Shown: one piece after another, positions 1 through 59,995 of the stretch
Layout: each line of letters starts with the position of its first letter
How positions within the stretch are numbered: the first letter of the stretch is position 1
DNA from: Eledone cirrhosa
Taxonomy: Eukaryota
Reading direction: 5' to 3'
NCBI GenBank assembly: GCA_964016885.1
Contig: OZ024750.1
Location: 27,280,001 to 27,344,000 of the forward strand
DNA length: 64,000 bases
The notes under the pieces: generated by a model
The model's input: the letters and a program-made list of their open reading frames with translations, nothing else
Databases searched by the model: none
What the model was told of the DNA's origin: nothing
Made by a program: the position numbers and the translations under genes

Positions 1-50
<50 letters not shown>

Positions 51-914
51 TTTATAGAAGGAACTTCTACAGGACAAGTACCGTTTCATTCAGATGTAAT
101 CTTCATGAGCTTCCTGAAGATTTCATCTGAATGAAACAGTACTAGTCCTGTAGAAGTTCCTTCTATAAAATAAAAAAATTTTACTCTGCCATGTATTGAG
201 TACCTTACTTACTGTGGTTATCCCCGACTCAACCCGGGACCTACGTATATATATATATATATGTATTATATATATATATATATTATATATCCCCATTTTT
301 TGGACGATTCGGATGTGTATATACCATTGACCATAACACACACTTGAGGATATGGATGTTACAATTGGATCTATACACGTACAGCAGAACACTGAACTGA
401 ACTTACTTGCGCGCACGCGCGCGTGTGTGTATGTGTGTGTAGCGTTGGTTATCCCCATAATTTCCGATTTACATCGTGAAATTGAGATTTGACCGACATA
501 GTTTCTGTTGCTTTGCGAACTAACTTTTCGGTGATTGCTGTGTTGTTACATTCTTATATGTGCCTTTTCTCGGATATCGCTTCGGTGTGTGTTAAAGTTT
601 GTGTGTACCCACCCACGCTAATTCTGCGGGTTTAATATTGTGTTGATGTGTGTGTATAAATGTATTTATTTTTATTTTTATTTGACCTCGAGCCGATGTT
701 TGCGGGTGTGGGGCGTTTGTGTACCCACTCACTTCTAATGTATCCCTACGGATTTGTTTGATGTCCAGCGTCTTTTGCAGCGATAGAAGTCTGGAAACTT
801 TTATGACCTCAACTAAAGCTAATAGCAGTCGCCTTGTCTCTGACTGACTGGTGTGCCTCCATATGAGGGAATGAATTATGTGAGAGAACATCGTTATTTT
901 TTCTCCCTCAGGGC

Positions 915-1098
915 AGTGGATTGGCAGTATCGGTAGAGGGTCGGACGCCAAGCCTTCCAGCATAGTTACGTCCCTTTACGATCTGAGTTCAAATCCCGCC
1001 GAGGTTGACTTTGCCTTTCATCCTTACGGGGTCGATAAAATAAAGTACCAGTAATGCACTGGGTAATTGCTGGCCTTGTGCCTAAAGTAGAAACAGTT
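915..1098 (+). mobile_element. tRNA-derived SINE (octopod-like)
   Basis: A-box-like tggcagtatcgg, B-box gagttcaaatcc, core gccgaggttgactttgcctttcatcc; several dispersed copies in the window. Confidence 0.75.
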
Positions 1099-1309
1099 AT
1101 TTTTTCTCCCTCATATCAAGAATTTGAAGACAATTCATTTTCACAAGATGACAAGAAAGTATGTTTTGAAACAGTGAGCAGGTTTGAAATTAGAAAATAG
1201 AATAGCTTTCACCGTACTTTTCAACTAAAGAAATTTTAGTCAGATGATGGGGTTTAGAACCCTCAGATAAATGGAAAAAGATGAGTATTGACGTACATAT
1301 ATATATTTA

Positions 1310-1342
<33 letters not shown>

Positions 1343-1484
1343 CAGATATATATATATAATAAATACATATAAATAAATATATATATATATATAAATTTAT
1401 ATATATATAAGTATGTATACGTATATGCATATATGTATACAAGCGTACAGTAGTATGTATATACATACATACATGCACACTCAC

Positions 1485-1532
<48 letters not shown>

Positions 1533-2185
1533 ACGTATGGGTTTACCGAACATTTATTATAATACACGGTTTGTTTGTAAACTAACAGTCCGAATTATTA
1601 GACGTACAGTGTTCGGCAACCATCGTTACCATTTTGTTCAACACTGACAAAGGAACGGTGAAATAGTTTCTAACTTATTAGCTGTCACCAGCAACGTATA
1701 CCTTAATATCAGTTGATTGAACGTTTGAAAGTATATACTTTGCTTTTGCATATCGAGTGAGTACATATATATATATAAATGTGCATATATGTATATATGT
1801 ACTACTCTACGTCTGTATATATACATGTATGTACGTATACATACTTATATTTAAGTATCAGCCGTACTAAGAATGAGAAATAAAATTTCATTTTTTTCCA
1901 TTTATCGTTTACGGTAGGCCCGGCCGACTAACTCACTCGATATGCAAATTAGGCTGCTCAGTCGTAACTATGCATAACGAAAGTATATACTTTCAAACGT
2001 TCAATCAACTGATATGGTGTTGATGACGGCAAATAAGCTAGAAACTAGTTCATTGTTCCTTTGTCAGTGTTGAACAGAATGGCAAGGATGGTTGCCGAAC
2101 ATTGTGGGTGCAAGTGTGTGCGTGCAGGTGTGTATGTGCATGTGTAAATATGATGTTTAATATAGAAATCTTATATATATTTCAG

Positions 2186-14807
<12,622 letters not shown>

Positions 14808-14995
14808 ATATTCTATGGACATAGAAAATGAGATGTGATGTTGATCGTGATCTTAGCAAATGGTGTGTTGTTGGTGGTGAACTAACAAATTTCCTTTTCG
14901 TTTGGAAAATTGGTCATAAATCAGAAATATGAAATATATGGCATAAGTATAGACTTTATTTTGTTTTAGTCTTAATTTTGAACAAAAAGGATATA

Positions 14996-15165
14996 CCATA
15001 TTTCCCGGCGTCGAAGACGGTACTTTTTTTCCAAAAATAAGTCTCAAAAATTTACCATGCGTCCTGTAGGCCTAAGGCTGCTTATTATTTTTTTTTCAAA
15101 TTTTTGGTTGTCAAAATTAGGGTGCGTACTCGAGGACGAAGCGTCTCCGGCGCCGGGAAATATGG
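14996..15165. mobile_element. Tc1/mariner-type MITE downstream of the paralog 1 stop codon (copy at 57725-57894)
   Basis: TIRs ccatatttcccggcg / cgccgggaaatatgg flanked by TA on both sides. Confidence 0.7.
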
Positions 15166-15216
15166 TAATTCAAGCCCTTTAAATATACCATATTGTTGCG
15201 AATTATTTTCTCTGCT

Positions 15217-15319
<103 letters not shown>

Positions 15320-15466
15320 TATACGTATATATCTATATATATATATAGAGAGATATATAAAATATATAGGATAATAAGTTACCATTTAAGGTAATCCAGT
15401 TAGAGGTTGTTAATACTGTAAGTAAAACCCTTTTTGTACAGCCAACCATGTAATTCTTTACTCTTT

Positions 15467-15554
<88 letters not shown>

Positions 15555-16039
15555 GTAGCGAGTATAATCAAAATTCTAACTTTTAAGTACAAAAATTAGG
15601 GATATTTATACAGCTATTCACCTTACATACCAACATATACGGTACACCTTTTAACTACAATATATTGGTATCAATATTAGAGAGAAATTGAGGGATAGTG
15701 ATTGGTAGAATTAGTAAAGCACCGTATAAGATGCCATTGCGGGATTATTCTGGCCCTTTACAGTCAGATCTTAAGGTAAACTTTCCTTCTTCCTACTGGA
15801 GTCGAGAAAATTAAGTACCATTTATGCTTTGGGTTTATTTAATCAACGTTACATTTCTCTCCTTCATTCGGATTCGGTAAACAACTGCTGTTTATTTCAT
15901 TAACTTTCTTCTTCCCTAAATATGCAGGTCTTGAGCCTAAATTAGAGATACATTTAAAAGTCATGACTCACTGTAACTTAACCCTTTAGCATTTAAACAT
16001 GCCATATCCGGCTAGAATTCTCTCACTTCTTTCTGTTCA

Positions 16040-16425
16040 AACCGGCCATAACCGGCCACTGATATCGGAGGTCAAGGCCACCATATCTAATAGGTGAAAT
16101 GGTCTATTGCCATCCAATGTCATTAAACCTGCCGCTCGGATACAAGTATCGAGGTCAGCGAGGAGAGATGCGTGGCTGTAACACGGAGCGTTGCGAAGGG
16201 TATAGAGGAGCTCGGCATGGAGAAGCAGTTCCTTAATAGGAAGAGGGCTGGGTGGCCGTCAATCAAGCCCAGTCGGCTCGTGCAGGTCTTAAGCTGCTGG
16301 AGCCTGGAGCTGATGGTGGAGTTGATGGCCGGCGGGTGATTCGGTGACCCGAGGATGAGGATATCCTCTTTGGGGGTCACCTGTACCTGGTGGAGAATGG
16401 ACCGCACGTCCGAGACGGAGGCTGT
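16040..16425 (-). mobile_element. Fragment of CRE-like non-LTR retrotransposon (shorter copy at ~58780-58985)
   Basis: ORF 16123..16407 is homologous to ORF 23174..23512 (SILHQV...LILGS...ALFLLRNCF). Confidence 0.7.
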
Positions 16426-16523
16426 TAAGGTATTGTTCTCAAAATAGATAATATCAAAATCTCATAGATTCGATATTATGTGAGATAATCATGTGAGGTA
16501 AAGCCTTTATTGCGACAATACAA

Positions 16524-17689
16524 TCTATATATATAAAACTGAGGTTGTCTGTCTGTCTATCGATTTTTGGCACACATCTCCTCTTAGAATCTCTCACGGA
16601 ATTGCACCGAAATTGCTATACTTGTACATTGAGCCCTAGCGAAGACATCGGAAAAAAAATATTTCAAATTGACCCGCCCTATGTGACGAAATCGAATATA
16701 ATGTATCGATTTTTGAGCGTAAGTGATCAGTTATTTCCCTTTGTTCTGTTTACATTCAGCGTAGCGTCTTACGTTCTGTTTACATTTTCTGCGTGCAAAA
16801 ATTAAAAAAATTACGCTGGCAAAAATTAAAAAAATTACGCTGGCTTTCTCAGCGTTTAAAATGACATTAACACAATACACGAACAGTTGTCGAGCCAGCA
16901 AAATTTTGACCTGCAAAATTCATCAGTTCGAACACTAAGCTTCCGTTTTGCTTCATTTCCATTTAAAAGCCTTTTAAAACAATATTTTTACTTGAAAACA
17001 AGTCTATTTAAAGACTACGTAAAACAAGCAAATATTTCGTAAAAAAAAGCAAAAATTATATAAGTTTATTTAAAATATATGTATCTGTAAATTTCGTTAG
17101 GCGTGCATGCAGACAGACAGTCGTGCAGACAGACAGTCGTGCAGAGAGGTGATATAGGCGTGCAGACAGACAGTCGTGCAGAGAGGGGATATAGGCGTGC
17201 AGACAGACAGTCATGCAGAGAGGTGATATAGGCGATTATTTCCCTTTTATGGAATGAGCAGACGATTAGCGAATGTGCAGACGATTAAGTAAATCTTTAG
17301 TAGAGTGAATTGGAATCTCCAGTTTGTTTAATAGCTTCATTTGCACTGTACTGCCTTTGTATGCTACAACGCTTTAAAAGTTCGGCGAGTTCATTACTTC
17401 GTAAGTTATTGATATTTATTTTTTTATTACGACGGTTAGCAAACTTTCCCTATTAAACGTTTAAATTAATTTTACGGTCTTATAAGGCTGAATTTACTTT
17501 AATTCGCGTTATCGTTATGTTTTCTTAACTTCATAAGGCATATTGTTGGTTGAGGGAATATTAATCAAAAACACCACATGCAAGTCTGCACAGTAGACAC
17601 TACAGTTTTTAAGCCAAAAAAGAAACTTAACATTGTAACTTTAACACAGCTACTGAGCGACCCCGAGCAACGCCGGGCTTTACTGCTAG
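16524..17689 (+). mobile_element. Non-autonomous Helitron
   Basis: 5' TC(TA)nAAA then (GTCT)n; 3' hairpin cccg-agcaacg-ccggg followed by CTAG; inserted between A and T without TSD; internal minisatellite at 17100-17235. Confidence 0.75.
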
Positions 17690-18514
17690 TAGTAAATATA
17701 GAGAAATGCAAATGCTTAAGGTTTAACAAAGATGCTGATAGTGGGGAAAGAGTCATTCTCTCTTATATACACATATATACACCATGTCCGAACAGAAAAG
17801 GACCAAACTTCTTCCGCTGTCTCTGTCTTCATATATCCCGATCTTCCCATCTCTCATTATTGTGAACAAATGGGAACTCAGGCGCTGGCCGCCCCGTGGC
17901 CCCGGCTGACAGAACAGAGAAGGCATTTCCGCGGAGGATGGTCTGGGAGAAGCGCTGAAAAAGTTGATCTAAAGAATACACGAGACCAAATAACTTCCTC
18001 TCTTCTTAATATTTATATTTAATGGTATCACTCTTCCAGAAGATTGGCTGGACACGCTTGGGGATGCAGTCGGATCAGTTGGAGAGAGTTGTTTCTGACA
18101 CGACCCACTGGAAGGAATGTTTGAGGACTCTGACCCCACGACCTTCTCAGGAATAAGTGGGATGAGGAGGAGGAGAGGATTTTCATTGAATATAAAGTAG
18201 TTGAACATCCTACAGACATATGTAACATGATCTTAATTCTCAGGGAGATTCAGCGTGATTCAGTGTGGGACAAGACTGGTTCTTTGATTTACAGGTATCA
18301 TAGGTACAAATCACCTTCATGAGTTTCCTAACCATTTCCAACTCCCCATTTTTTCTCACAAGGCATGGGTTCACACGAGGCTATGTTCACTGATATTTGC
18401 TCAAAATGCTACGTGGGTGGTATTGAAACAACGACTTAATGGTTGCAAAGCGAACGTTTTAACTATACGTCCATTTGTTATGACCACTTAGGCCATATAT
18501 GGTTTTTTATATAG

Positions 18515-18720
18515 GAGACAAGGCCAGCAATTTTTGGGGAGGGAAAAGTCGATTAAATCGAACCAGTGCTTGACTGGTACTTTATTTCTATCGACTCCGT
18601 AAGGATGAAAGGCAACGTTTACCTCGGTGGGATTTGAACTCAGATAATGAAAGACCGTAACTTTATGCTGCAGAGCATGGTGTCCGACGCTCTAACGATA
18701 CAGCCAAACAACCACCCTTT
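18515..18720 (-). mobile_element. tRNA-derived SINE, diverged copy
   Basis: Reverse complement of the SINE core (ggatgaaaggcaacgtttacctcggtgggatttgaactcag). Confidence 0.65.
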
Positions 18721-18769
18721 AATTAGGTCATATATGGACAACTTTTATGCCTCTTACACTCCAAGGATT

Positions 18770-18925
18770 GGTGGTGAATTGGCAATTCGTCAGAACGTCG
18801 GATAGAATGCTTTATAATATTCATTTCGGCTCTCTGCTCTCTGAGTTCAAATCCCGCCGAGGTCAACTATGCCTTTCATCTATTCAAGATCAATAAAAAA
18901 TGTACCAGTAAAGTACTGGGGTCAA
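18770..18925 (+). mobile_element. tRNA-derived SINE, diverged copy
   Basis: ctgagttcaaatcccgccgaggtcaactatgcctttcatc. Confidence 0.65.
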
Positions 18926-19677
18926 TATATCTATTTCTCACTTCCTATTCTCTCACTCTCTATCCTTCTCTGTAAGGAAGCTACTGTATTCAGGCCTGGG
19001 GAGAAGATGGGAGCCGCCAAGTATTAAAAAAATGCCCTTGAAACGCCGTCCGTCGATATACCGCCCCTACGACTCCCATACCATATATACCATACACTCT
19101 AAGGAGGCCGGGCGGTATCCAGATCCAGGCCATGACTTCTGGGGGTCCTTCTGGTGACATTTAGTCCATGGGAAATCGAAGTATTTTAATTTTAATCCAT
19201 ATGGTTTAAATACACACCAAGTGTCTGATATCTGAATGGCTAAATATCAGCAGCAGGACACCTCCGATTCATGACATGAATGCGGCCCGGTCCCTGAGAG
19301 TGTAAGAGGTTAAGACCCGAAACACTTGCTTGAAGGGTTTCTTCTCTGAAGACCTTCTGCTGAGAGATTCCCAATAAATCTTGATTGTTGTTTAAGAGAG
19401 TGTTACACTCCTAGGTCTCATTTCACGAGATCTCAACTATTTACCTGTTATTCCACGGCTGTCAACTTTTCGAGAGGTCTTTCAAATTTGATGTGTTTAT
19501 TATGCTAAAGAATAGCAGAATTCCACTTCTCGACATTTCGGCGTGTGTGTGTATATGAACTCGGGGATGTCTGTATCTGTGTGTGTATATATATATATTA
19601 TATTATATTTTGAGAATAAACTCTCAGTCGTTTACAATAAATCAGCTCCCAAAAAGGGGCATTTCCGAGCAGTTAAA

Positions 19678-20264
19678 TACATTAATATATATGATAAACA
19701 CAAAACGTGTTTGCATTGTAACAGACAAAGTTAGCTATTAATGAAATAAACTAATTAAAGTGAATAAAATTTGTCTGTCTCGATATAAGTCAATAAAGAC
19801 AAGCTTATATTGGCAAAGGCCGTGATTCCTGGATAAATCTAACTTTCAAAATCAAAACCAAATTGGTGTTGTTGTTGTTGTTCTCCGTAGATGAATTTGA
19901 ACCTCGAAACCTAAATATGTTTCGCAACGATGGTACATGAATTGAAAAATAAAGAGAATCGAAATGGAATTGAAATAAAAAGTGAAATATCCAAATCTTC
20001 TGTGCTTATTAACAGGAACCCAGTAAAATTAGTATATTCCACAAACAAAAATTTTGCAGGCCTGACTACACGTGTGTAGCCAGGCCAAACTAGCCGTCCC
20101 GCATTTAGATTTGTCCAGGAATCACGGCCTTTGCCAATATAAGCTTGTCTTTATTGACTTATATCGAGACAGACAAATTGTATTCACTTTAATTAGTTTA
20201 TTTCATTAATAGGTAACTTTGTCTGTTACAATGCAAACACGTTTTGTGTTTATCATATATATTA

Positions 20265-20269
<5 letters not shown>
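19678..20269. repeat. Inverted repeat, ~160 bp arms, ~265 bp spacer (MITE-like or fold-back insertion)
   Basis: 19678-19840 versus 20106-20269; absent from the paralogous region near 59450. Confidence 0.8.
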
Positions 20270-20304
<35 letters not shown>

Positions 20305-20394
20305 TAAATATTTGCTCTACGGTTCTTATATATTAGATATATATTTATCCTTGTCGAGCACTCTTTGGATTTTAGTCTTCAAATTTATTATTAT

Positions 20395-20447
<53 letters not shown>

Positions 20448-20932
20448 GACACGGGGGTGTCTGTATATATATATATATACATATATATATGTGTGTGTGT
20501 GTGTGTGAGTGTGTGGTGTGTGTTGTGTGTATGTGTACGTGTGTGTGTATGTGTAAGCTCCATGGTGTCTGTATGCATATATATATGTGTGAGGTAAGCC
20601 CGGGGTTGTCTGTATGTGTATGTATATATATATATAATATAATATATATATATATATTTCTTTCTTTCTTTCTTTTTCTCGCTTTTTCTTTCTTTCTTTC
20701 TTTTTCTCTCTTTTTCTTTCTTTCTCTCTTTCTTTATTTCTTTATCTCTATTCTTTCTTTCTTTCTTTCTGAACTCTCTAACATAATAACATCAATAATT
20801 GGTGTTGTTGTTGTTGTTCTCATTAGATTCTTATCAATCCAGATTGAGCAGATTATATATGTTAATATGAAAGGAATTCCAGCCGTGTCCACCCCTTGTT
20901 TTCTTTCTCAAGTATAGAATCTCTCTCTCTCT

Positions 20933-21033
<101 letters not shown>

Positions 21034-21263
21034 TACCTGGTCTTTCTACTATTCTACTATGAGATGTGAGAAAAACCACAGACCCTCCATATCTACTTTT
21101 GAAAAGCAGAAAAACTGCGAAACCGGTAAAGGAACCAAATAAATATATATATTTTTTTTAAAAATAAGACTCCAGTCGCATTTCCGATTTCATCTTTTTT
21201 TCTTTATACTTTAAGTCGTGTAGGACACCTCGGTTATTTTTCATTTTGTAAAAAAAACTTCAC

Positions 21264-21354
<91 letters not shown>

Positions 21355-21538
21355 ATGGTTAAAAGAGTTCCATGTATTTTATTATGCGCATTTCAAAAAC
21401 AAATATCATCATGCAATAATATTTGTGTTTTCATCAGATAAAACTGGAAGACATGATATGAAGGTTAAAAAACACTTGTGGATAGTTCAGTTTTAAATCA
21501 ACATATTGCTTTATTGTACTACAATAAAACTCACCTCC

Positions 21539-21579
<41 letters not shown>

Positions 21580-21580
<1 letters not shown>

Positions 21581-21760
21581 ATTGTTTCTACTTTAGGCAC
21601 AAGGACAGCAACTACCCAGTGCCTTACTGGTACTTTATTTTATCGACCCCGTAAGGATGAAAGGCAAAGTCAACCTCGGCGGGATTTGAACTCAGATCGT
21701 AAAGGGACGTAACTATGCTAGAAAGCATGGCGTCCGACCCTCTACCGATACTACCAATCT
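21580..21760 (-). mobile_element. tRNA-derived SINE
   Basis: Close reverse complement of 915-1098. Confidence 0.75.
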
Positions 21761-22329
21761 GTAGTTTTACCAGATTTAAGTCGTTTGGATCTATTCGGGA
21801 CATGTCATGAAAATACATCACTTCTCTTTCTTCCCCTCGGTTTCATCTGCCACGACAGAACTGAAAATGCCACGATTATTTCTCTTCCGATTCTGTATCA
21901 ATAAATAAATAAATTTATAATACTAAATCTAGAAGCTGATTCAGTAGCCAGCTTGACAGCCGAAATAGGTAGCACCAACAATTATTACCAGCATTAACAA
22001 GAGAAATGCAACGACAGCAACAGAGACAATAACAACCACCCGCATCTTCGCTGTAAAAAGCCATTCGAACCCCAGCAGCCAGGCTGGTAGCCGAAATAGG
22101 AATCAGTATCAACTACCATTGCCATTAACAAGAGGAGACATACGATAGCAGAAGTGACAATAACAACAGCAACATATATGTGTATACACCAACATCATAG
22201 GAGCAATCACTACCACTACCATAAACAAGAGGAAGCCAACTCCGGCAACAGTGACAATAACAACTTTTAGGTATTTCCGCTGGGAACAACCCTTCCATTC
22301 ATTCATTTATTTATTTCTACTTTCTAGTG

Positions 22330-24345
22330 TGTCCCCCTCCGTGCACCCCCTTCTCTTCGATCTTCTCTTCTGTTGCCTCCATATCTGGTGAGTTCCTGGC
22401 TGTCCTGTGACTCAAGCTCCCTGAGCCACCTGTTGACCTACCTCCACTCGACCCCCACCTGCCTCTTTCCAGCTAGCTGCAGCGTAGGTGCTGATGGACT
22501 CTGACCTAGCCACCTCAAGGAGTTGCTATCCCCACTCTCCGCTGAGGCCGGCCACCGCCTTCTGAGTGCAATTGTGTCACCAATAGGCGTCCTGGATCCT
22601 CACGCCCGAGGCCTCTTTTTTTCGGCTTGCCTGACCACTCCCAGGAAGAAAGAGGGTTGTATACGCCCCATTGCTCTGGGTAATTTCTTCCGGAGGCTGG
22701 GTGCTAAGGTAATCTGCAGGTTCATAACACCTGAACTGGATGAGGAGTTCAGTCCGGTGCATCTGGGTGTCGGCGTGTCCGGTGGCTGTGAGGGGGCGCA
22801 CATGCAACCAGGCAGTTTTCTACTGGAATCGGCATCCAGGGACTCCAGGCACCTCATTATCAAGCTTGACATGAGGGACCATCTGCTCGATGCCTGTCTC
22901 AGCCGAACCCTCTCCGGCTACCGGCTGGCCTACCTGTCATATGGAGCCCCGAGCATGCTCCTTGCTGCTGATACGGTTACCTTAGGCCACTAGAGGCCTA
23001 CAGGGTGACCTTTAGATCCCCCTCCTGTTTGCGCTTGGTATAAACCACATTGCCTGTAGTATCACGGTCCCTCTCAACGTTTGGTACCTGGATGATGCTA
23101 CCCTGGAAGACGCCGGAGAGACTGTCTGCCATGACCTTCAATCGGCCTCCAGGTCAACTCGTCCAAGTCGAATGTGGTGACTGTCAGCTTTGCAGCCTCC
23201 GTCTCGGACGTGTGGTCCATTCTCCACCAGGTAGAGGTGACTTCCAAGGAGGATGTCCTCATCCTCGGGTCACAGATCCACCCGCCGTCCATAGGCTCCA
23301 CCATCAGATCCAGGCTCCAACAACTCTCAACAGCTCTGTTCCTGTTGAGGAACTGCTTCGCCATGCCTAAGTTCCTCTGCACGCTTCGCAGCGCTCGGTG
23401 CTACAGCCACGCATCTCTCCTCGCTGACCTCGATACTTATATCCGAGTGGCAGCCGAGGAGATATGCAACGTCAGGTTTGTTGATATTGGGTGGCGTTTC
23501 TTTCATCGGTAACCTCATGCCGCGTCCTCTTCAGCAGGGTTCTCCAAAACAATGGATCTCTATATGATCAAGGAACGTGACGTCGCATTTGAGACGTGGG
23601 ACCGGCTGGAACTTAGCACAGTAGACGTCCCTCCTCCTTCTCCCCCTGATGTAGTCATGTCTCCCCAAAAGCATTTGGGATGCCATCCAGTGCAGCCTGG
23701 CCTCAGACATGCTAATGCGCCAGCTCGACCAGTACCGCCTTGCCTGTTTTCGCGCGGCCTCCAAAACCCACAGTGGTGCCTGGCTCCATGCCTGGCTCTC
23801 CTTTCACCAAGGCACGCATCTGGAAAACGACAACGTGCGTATCGGCGTTTGCTTAAGCTTGCCCTCCGGATCTACGAGTTACAAGAATGTCATCGTGGAT
23901 CCATCATGGACACTTTCGGCCTACAACCGCTTTCCTGTCACCACAGTGCCAGCCGCCTTCCATGCTATGCTGTCCTCAACGAACTCATAAAGACTGGTTT
24001 GCACGCTGCAGGCTTCCCTTCCCAACTCGAGCCGGTGGGACTGAGCCGAGGGGACGGCAAAACGCCAGAAGGTATGACCATCTTCCCGTTCCGCGGAGGC
24101 AAAACCCTCGTCTGGGTTGCCAGGTAGTACTGCCGTCGCTCTGAGGAGGTCAAACTCACCAAGTACTCTTAGCCCTCCGACAAAGGAAACTTCTGGTGTC
24201 CTTGGCCCTAGGGCTACCTCTCTATTCACCACCTTAGGCGGTGTGTGCCTCTCGAGTTGGCTCTTCCAGAACATCTCCGTCACCATCCTCCGGGGAAACG
24301 CCTTCTCCATTCTGTCCGCCTGGGCTGTGGGGGGCCAGCACTTGG
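22330..24345 (+). mobile_element. Degenerate GC-rich CRE-clade non-LTR retrotransposon (RT, Zn knuckle, restriction-like endonuclease)
   Basis: IRPIALGNFFRRL, LGVGVSGGCE, IIKLD, VWYLDDATL across frameshifts; C-terminal LEPVGLSRGDGKTPEG...TLVW resembles the RLE RPDG motif. Confidence 0.8.
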
Positions 24346-24641
24346 GACCCCATTTGCTCACCATACGGATTAAGACATATAACCTCTCTTTTTCTTTTAT
24401 CTACTCTTTTACAGTTAAAAGGTTTGTCTTACATAATACTGAAGTAAAAGAAAATGCAAGCAAATTATATAGTGAAATAGAACATGAGTAATCTACTGAA
24501 GTTTAGCACAAAGAGTGCACACGTCGTCTCGAGACACTGAACGCTAACGATAATTCCGTTAGCATCGTCGTGAGGAACGCCACTCAGACAAAATCTTCGG
24601 AGTTTTCCTCACTTTCGATTTATAATTTAACCCGGCTTGCA

Positions 24642-57536
<32,895 letters not shown>

Positions 57537-57968
57537 ATATTCTATGGACATAGAAAATGAGATGTGATGTTGATCGTGATCTTAGCAAATGGTGTGTTGT
57601 TGTTGGTGAACTAACAAATTTCCTTTTCGTTTGAAAAATTGGTCATAACTCAGAAATATGAAATATATGGCAAAAGTATAGACTTTATTTTGTTTTAGTC
57701 TTAATTTTGAACAAAAAGGATAGACCATATTTCCCGGCGTCGAAGACGGTACTTTTTTTCCAAAAATAAGTCTCAAAAATTTACCATGCGTCCTGTAGGC
57801 CAAAGGCTGCTTATTATTTATTATTCAAATTTTTGGTTGTCAAAATTAGGGTGCGTACTCGAGGACGAAGCGTCTCCGGCGCCGGGAAATATGGTAATTA
57901 AAGCCCTTTAAATATACCATACTGTTGTGAATTATTTTCTCTGCTATATATATATATATATAGCAGAG

Positions 57969-58076
<108 letters not shown>

Positions 58077-58086
58077 TATATATCTA

Positions 58087-58162
<76 letters not shown>

Positions 58163-59489
58163 TATATATATATATGATAATAAGTTACCATTTAAGGTAA
58201 TCCAGTTAGAGGTTGTTAATACTGTAAATAAAACCCTTTTGTACAGCCAACCATGTAATTCTTTACTCTTTCCCTATATATATATATATATTTATGTAGC
58301 GAGTATAATCAAAATTCTAACTTTTAAGTATAAAAATTACGGTTATTTATACAGCTATTCACCTTACATACCAACATATACGGTACACCTTTTAACTAGA
58401 ATATATTGGTATCAATATTAGAGAGATATCGAGGGATAGTGATTGGTAGAATTAGTAAAGCACCGTATAAGATGCCATTGCGGGATTATTCTGGCTCTTT
58501 ACAGTCAGATCTTAAGGTAAACTTTCCTTCTTCCTACTGGAGTCGAGAAAATTAAGTACCAGTTATGCTTTGGGTTTGTTTAATCAACGTTACATTTCTC
58601 TCCTTCATTCGGATTAGGTAAACAACTGGTGTTTATTTCATTAACTTTCTTCTTCCCTAAATATGCAGGTCTTGTGCCTAAATTAGAGATACATTTAAAA
58701 GTCATGACTCACTGTAACTTAACCCTTTATCATTTAAACATGCCATATCCGGCTAGAATTCTCTCACTTCTTTCTGTTCAAACCGGCAATAACCGGCCAC
58801 TGATGTCGGAGGTCAAGGCCACCATATCTAATAGGTAAAAATGGTCTGTTGCCATCCAATGTCATCAAACCTGACGATGCATATCTCCTCAGCTGCCACT
58901 CGGATACAAGTATCGAGGTCAGCGAGGGGAAATGCGTGGCTGTAGCACGGAGCGTTGCGAAGGGTATAGAGGAGTTTCGGCATGAGGGTCGTTCTGGTGA
59001 CATTTAGTCCGTGGGAAATCGAAGTCTTGTGTATTTTAATTTTAATCCATATGGTTTAAATACACACCAAGTGTCTGATATCTGAATGACTAAATGTCAG
59101 CAGCAGGGCACCTCCGATTCATGACATGAGTGCGGCCCGGTCCCTGAGAGTGTAAGAGGTTAAGACGCGAAACACTTGCTTGAAGGGTTTCTTCTCTGAA
59201 GACCTTCTGCTGAGAGATTCCCAATAAATCTTGATTGTTGTTTAAGAGAGTGTTACACTCCTAGGTCTCATTTCACGAGATCTCAACTATTTACCTGTTA
59301 TTCCACGGCTGTCAACTTTTCGAGAGGTCTTTCAAATTTGATGTGTTTATTATGCTAAAGAATAGCAGAATTCCACTTCTCGACATTTCGGCGTGTGTGT
59401 GTATATGAACTCGGGGATGTCTGTATCTGTGTGTGTATATATATATATGTGTGTGTGTGTGTATGTGTGTGTGTGTGGACACGGGGGTG

Positions 59490-59532
<43 letters not shown>

Positions 59533-59592
59533 ATGTGTGTGTGTGTGTGTGTTTGTGTGTGTGCGGTGTGTGTGTGTGTGGACACGGGGGTG

Positions 59593-59644
<52 letters not shown>

Positions 59645-59803
59645 CATATATGTGTGTGTGTGAGTGTGTGTGGTGTGTGTGTGTGTGTGTTGTGTGTATG
59701 TGTACGTGTGTGTGTATGTGTAAGCTCCATGGTGTCTGTATGCATATATATATGTGTGAGGTAAGCTCGGGGTTGTCTGTATGTGTATGTATATATATAT
59801 ATA

Positions 59804-59883
<80 letters not shown>

Positions 59884-59886
59884 TAC

Positions 59887-59937
<51 letters not shown>

Positions 59938-59942
59938 TATAC

Positions 59943-59995
<53 letters not shown>

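Noticed and set aside
50-172. CTGAAGA...GAAA inside the first hairpin
   Set aside because: No credible stem I could be built; treated as a fold-back repeat only.
17100-17235. Regular short repeats resembling a CRISPR array
   Set aside because: Head-to-tail minisatellite without unique spacers, inside a Helitron in eukaryotic DNA.
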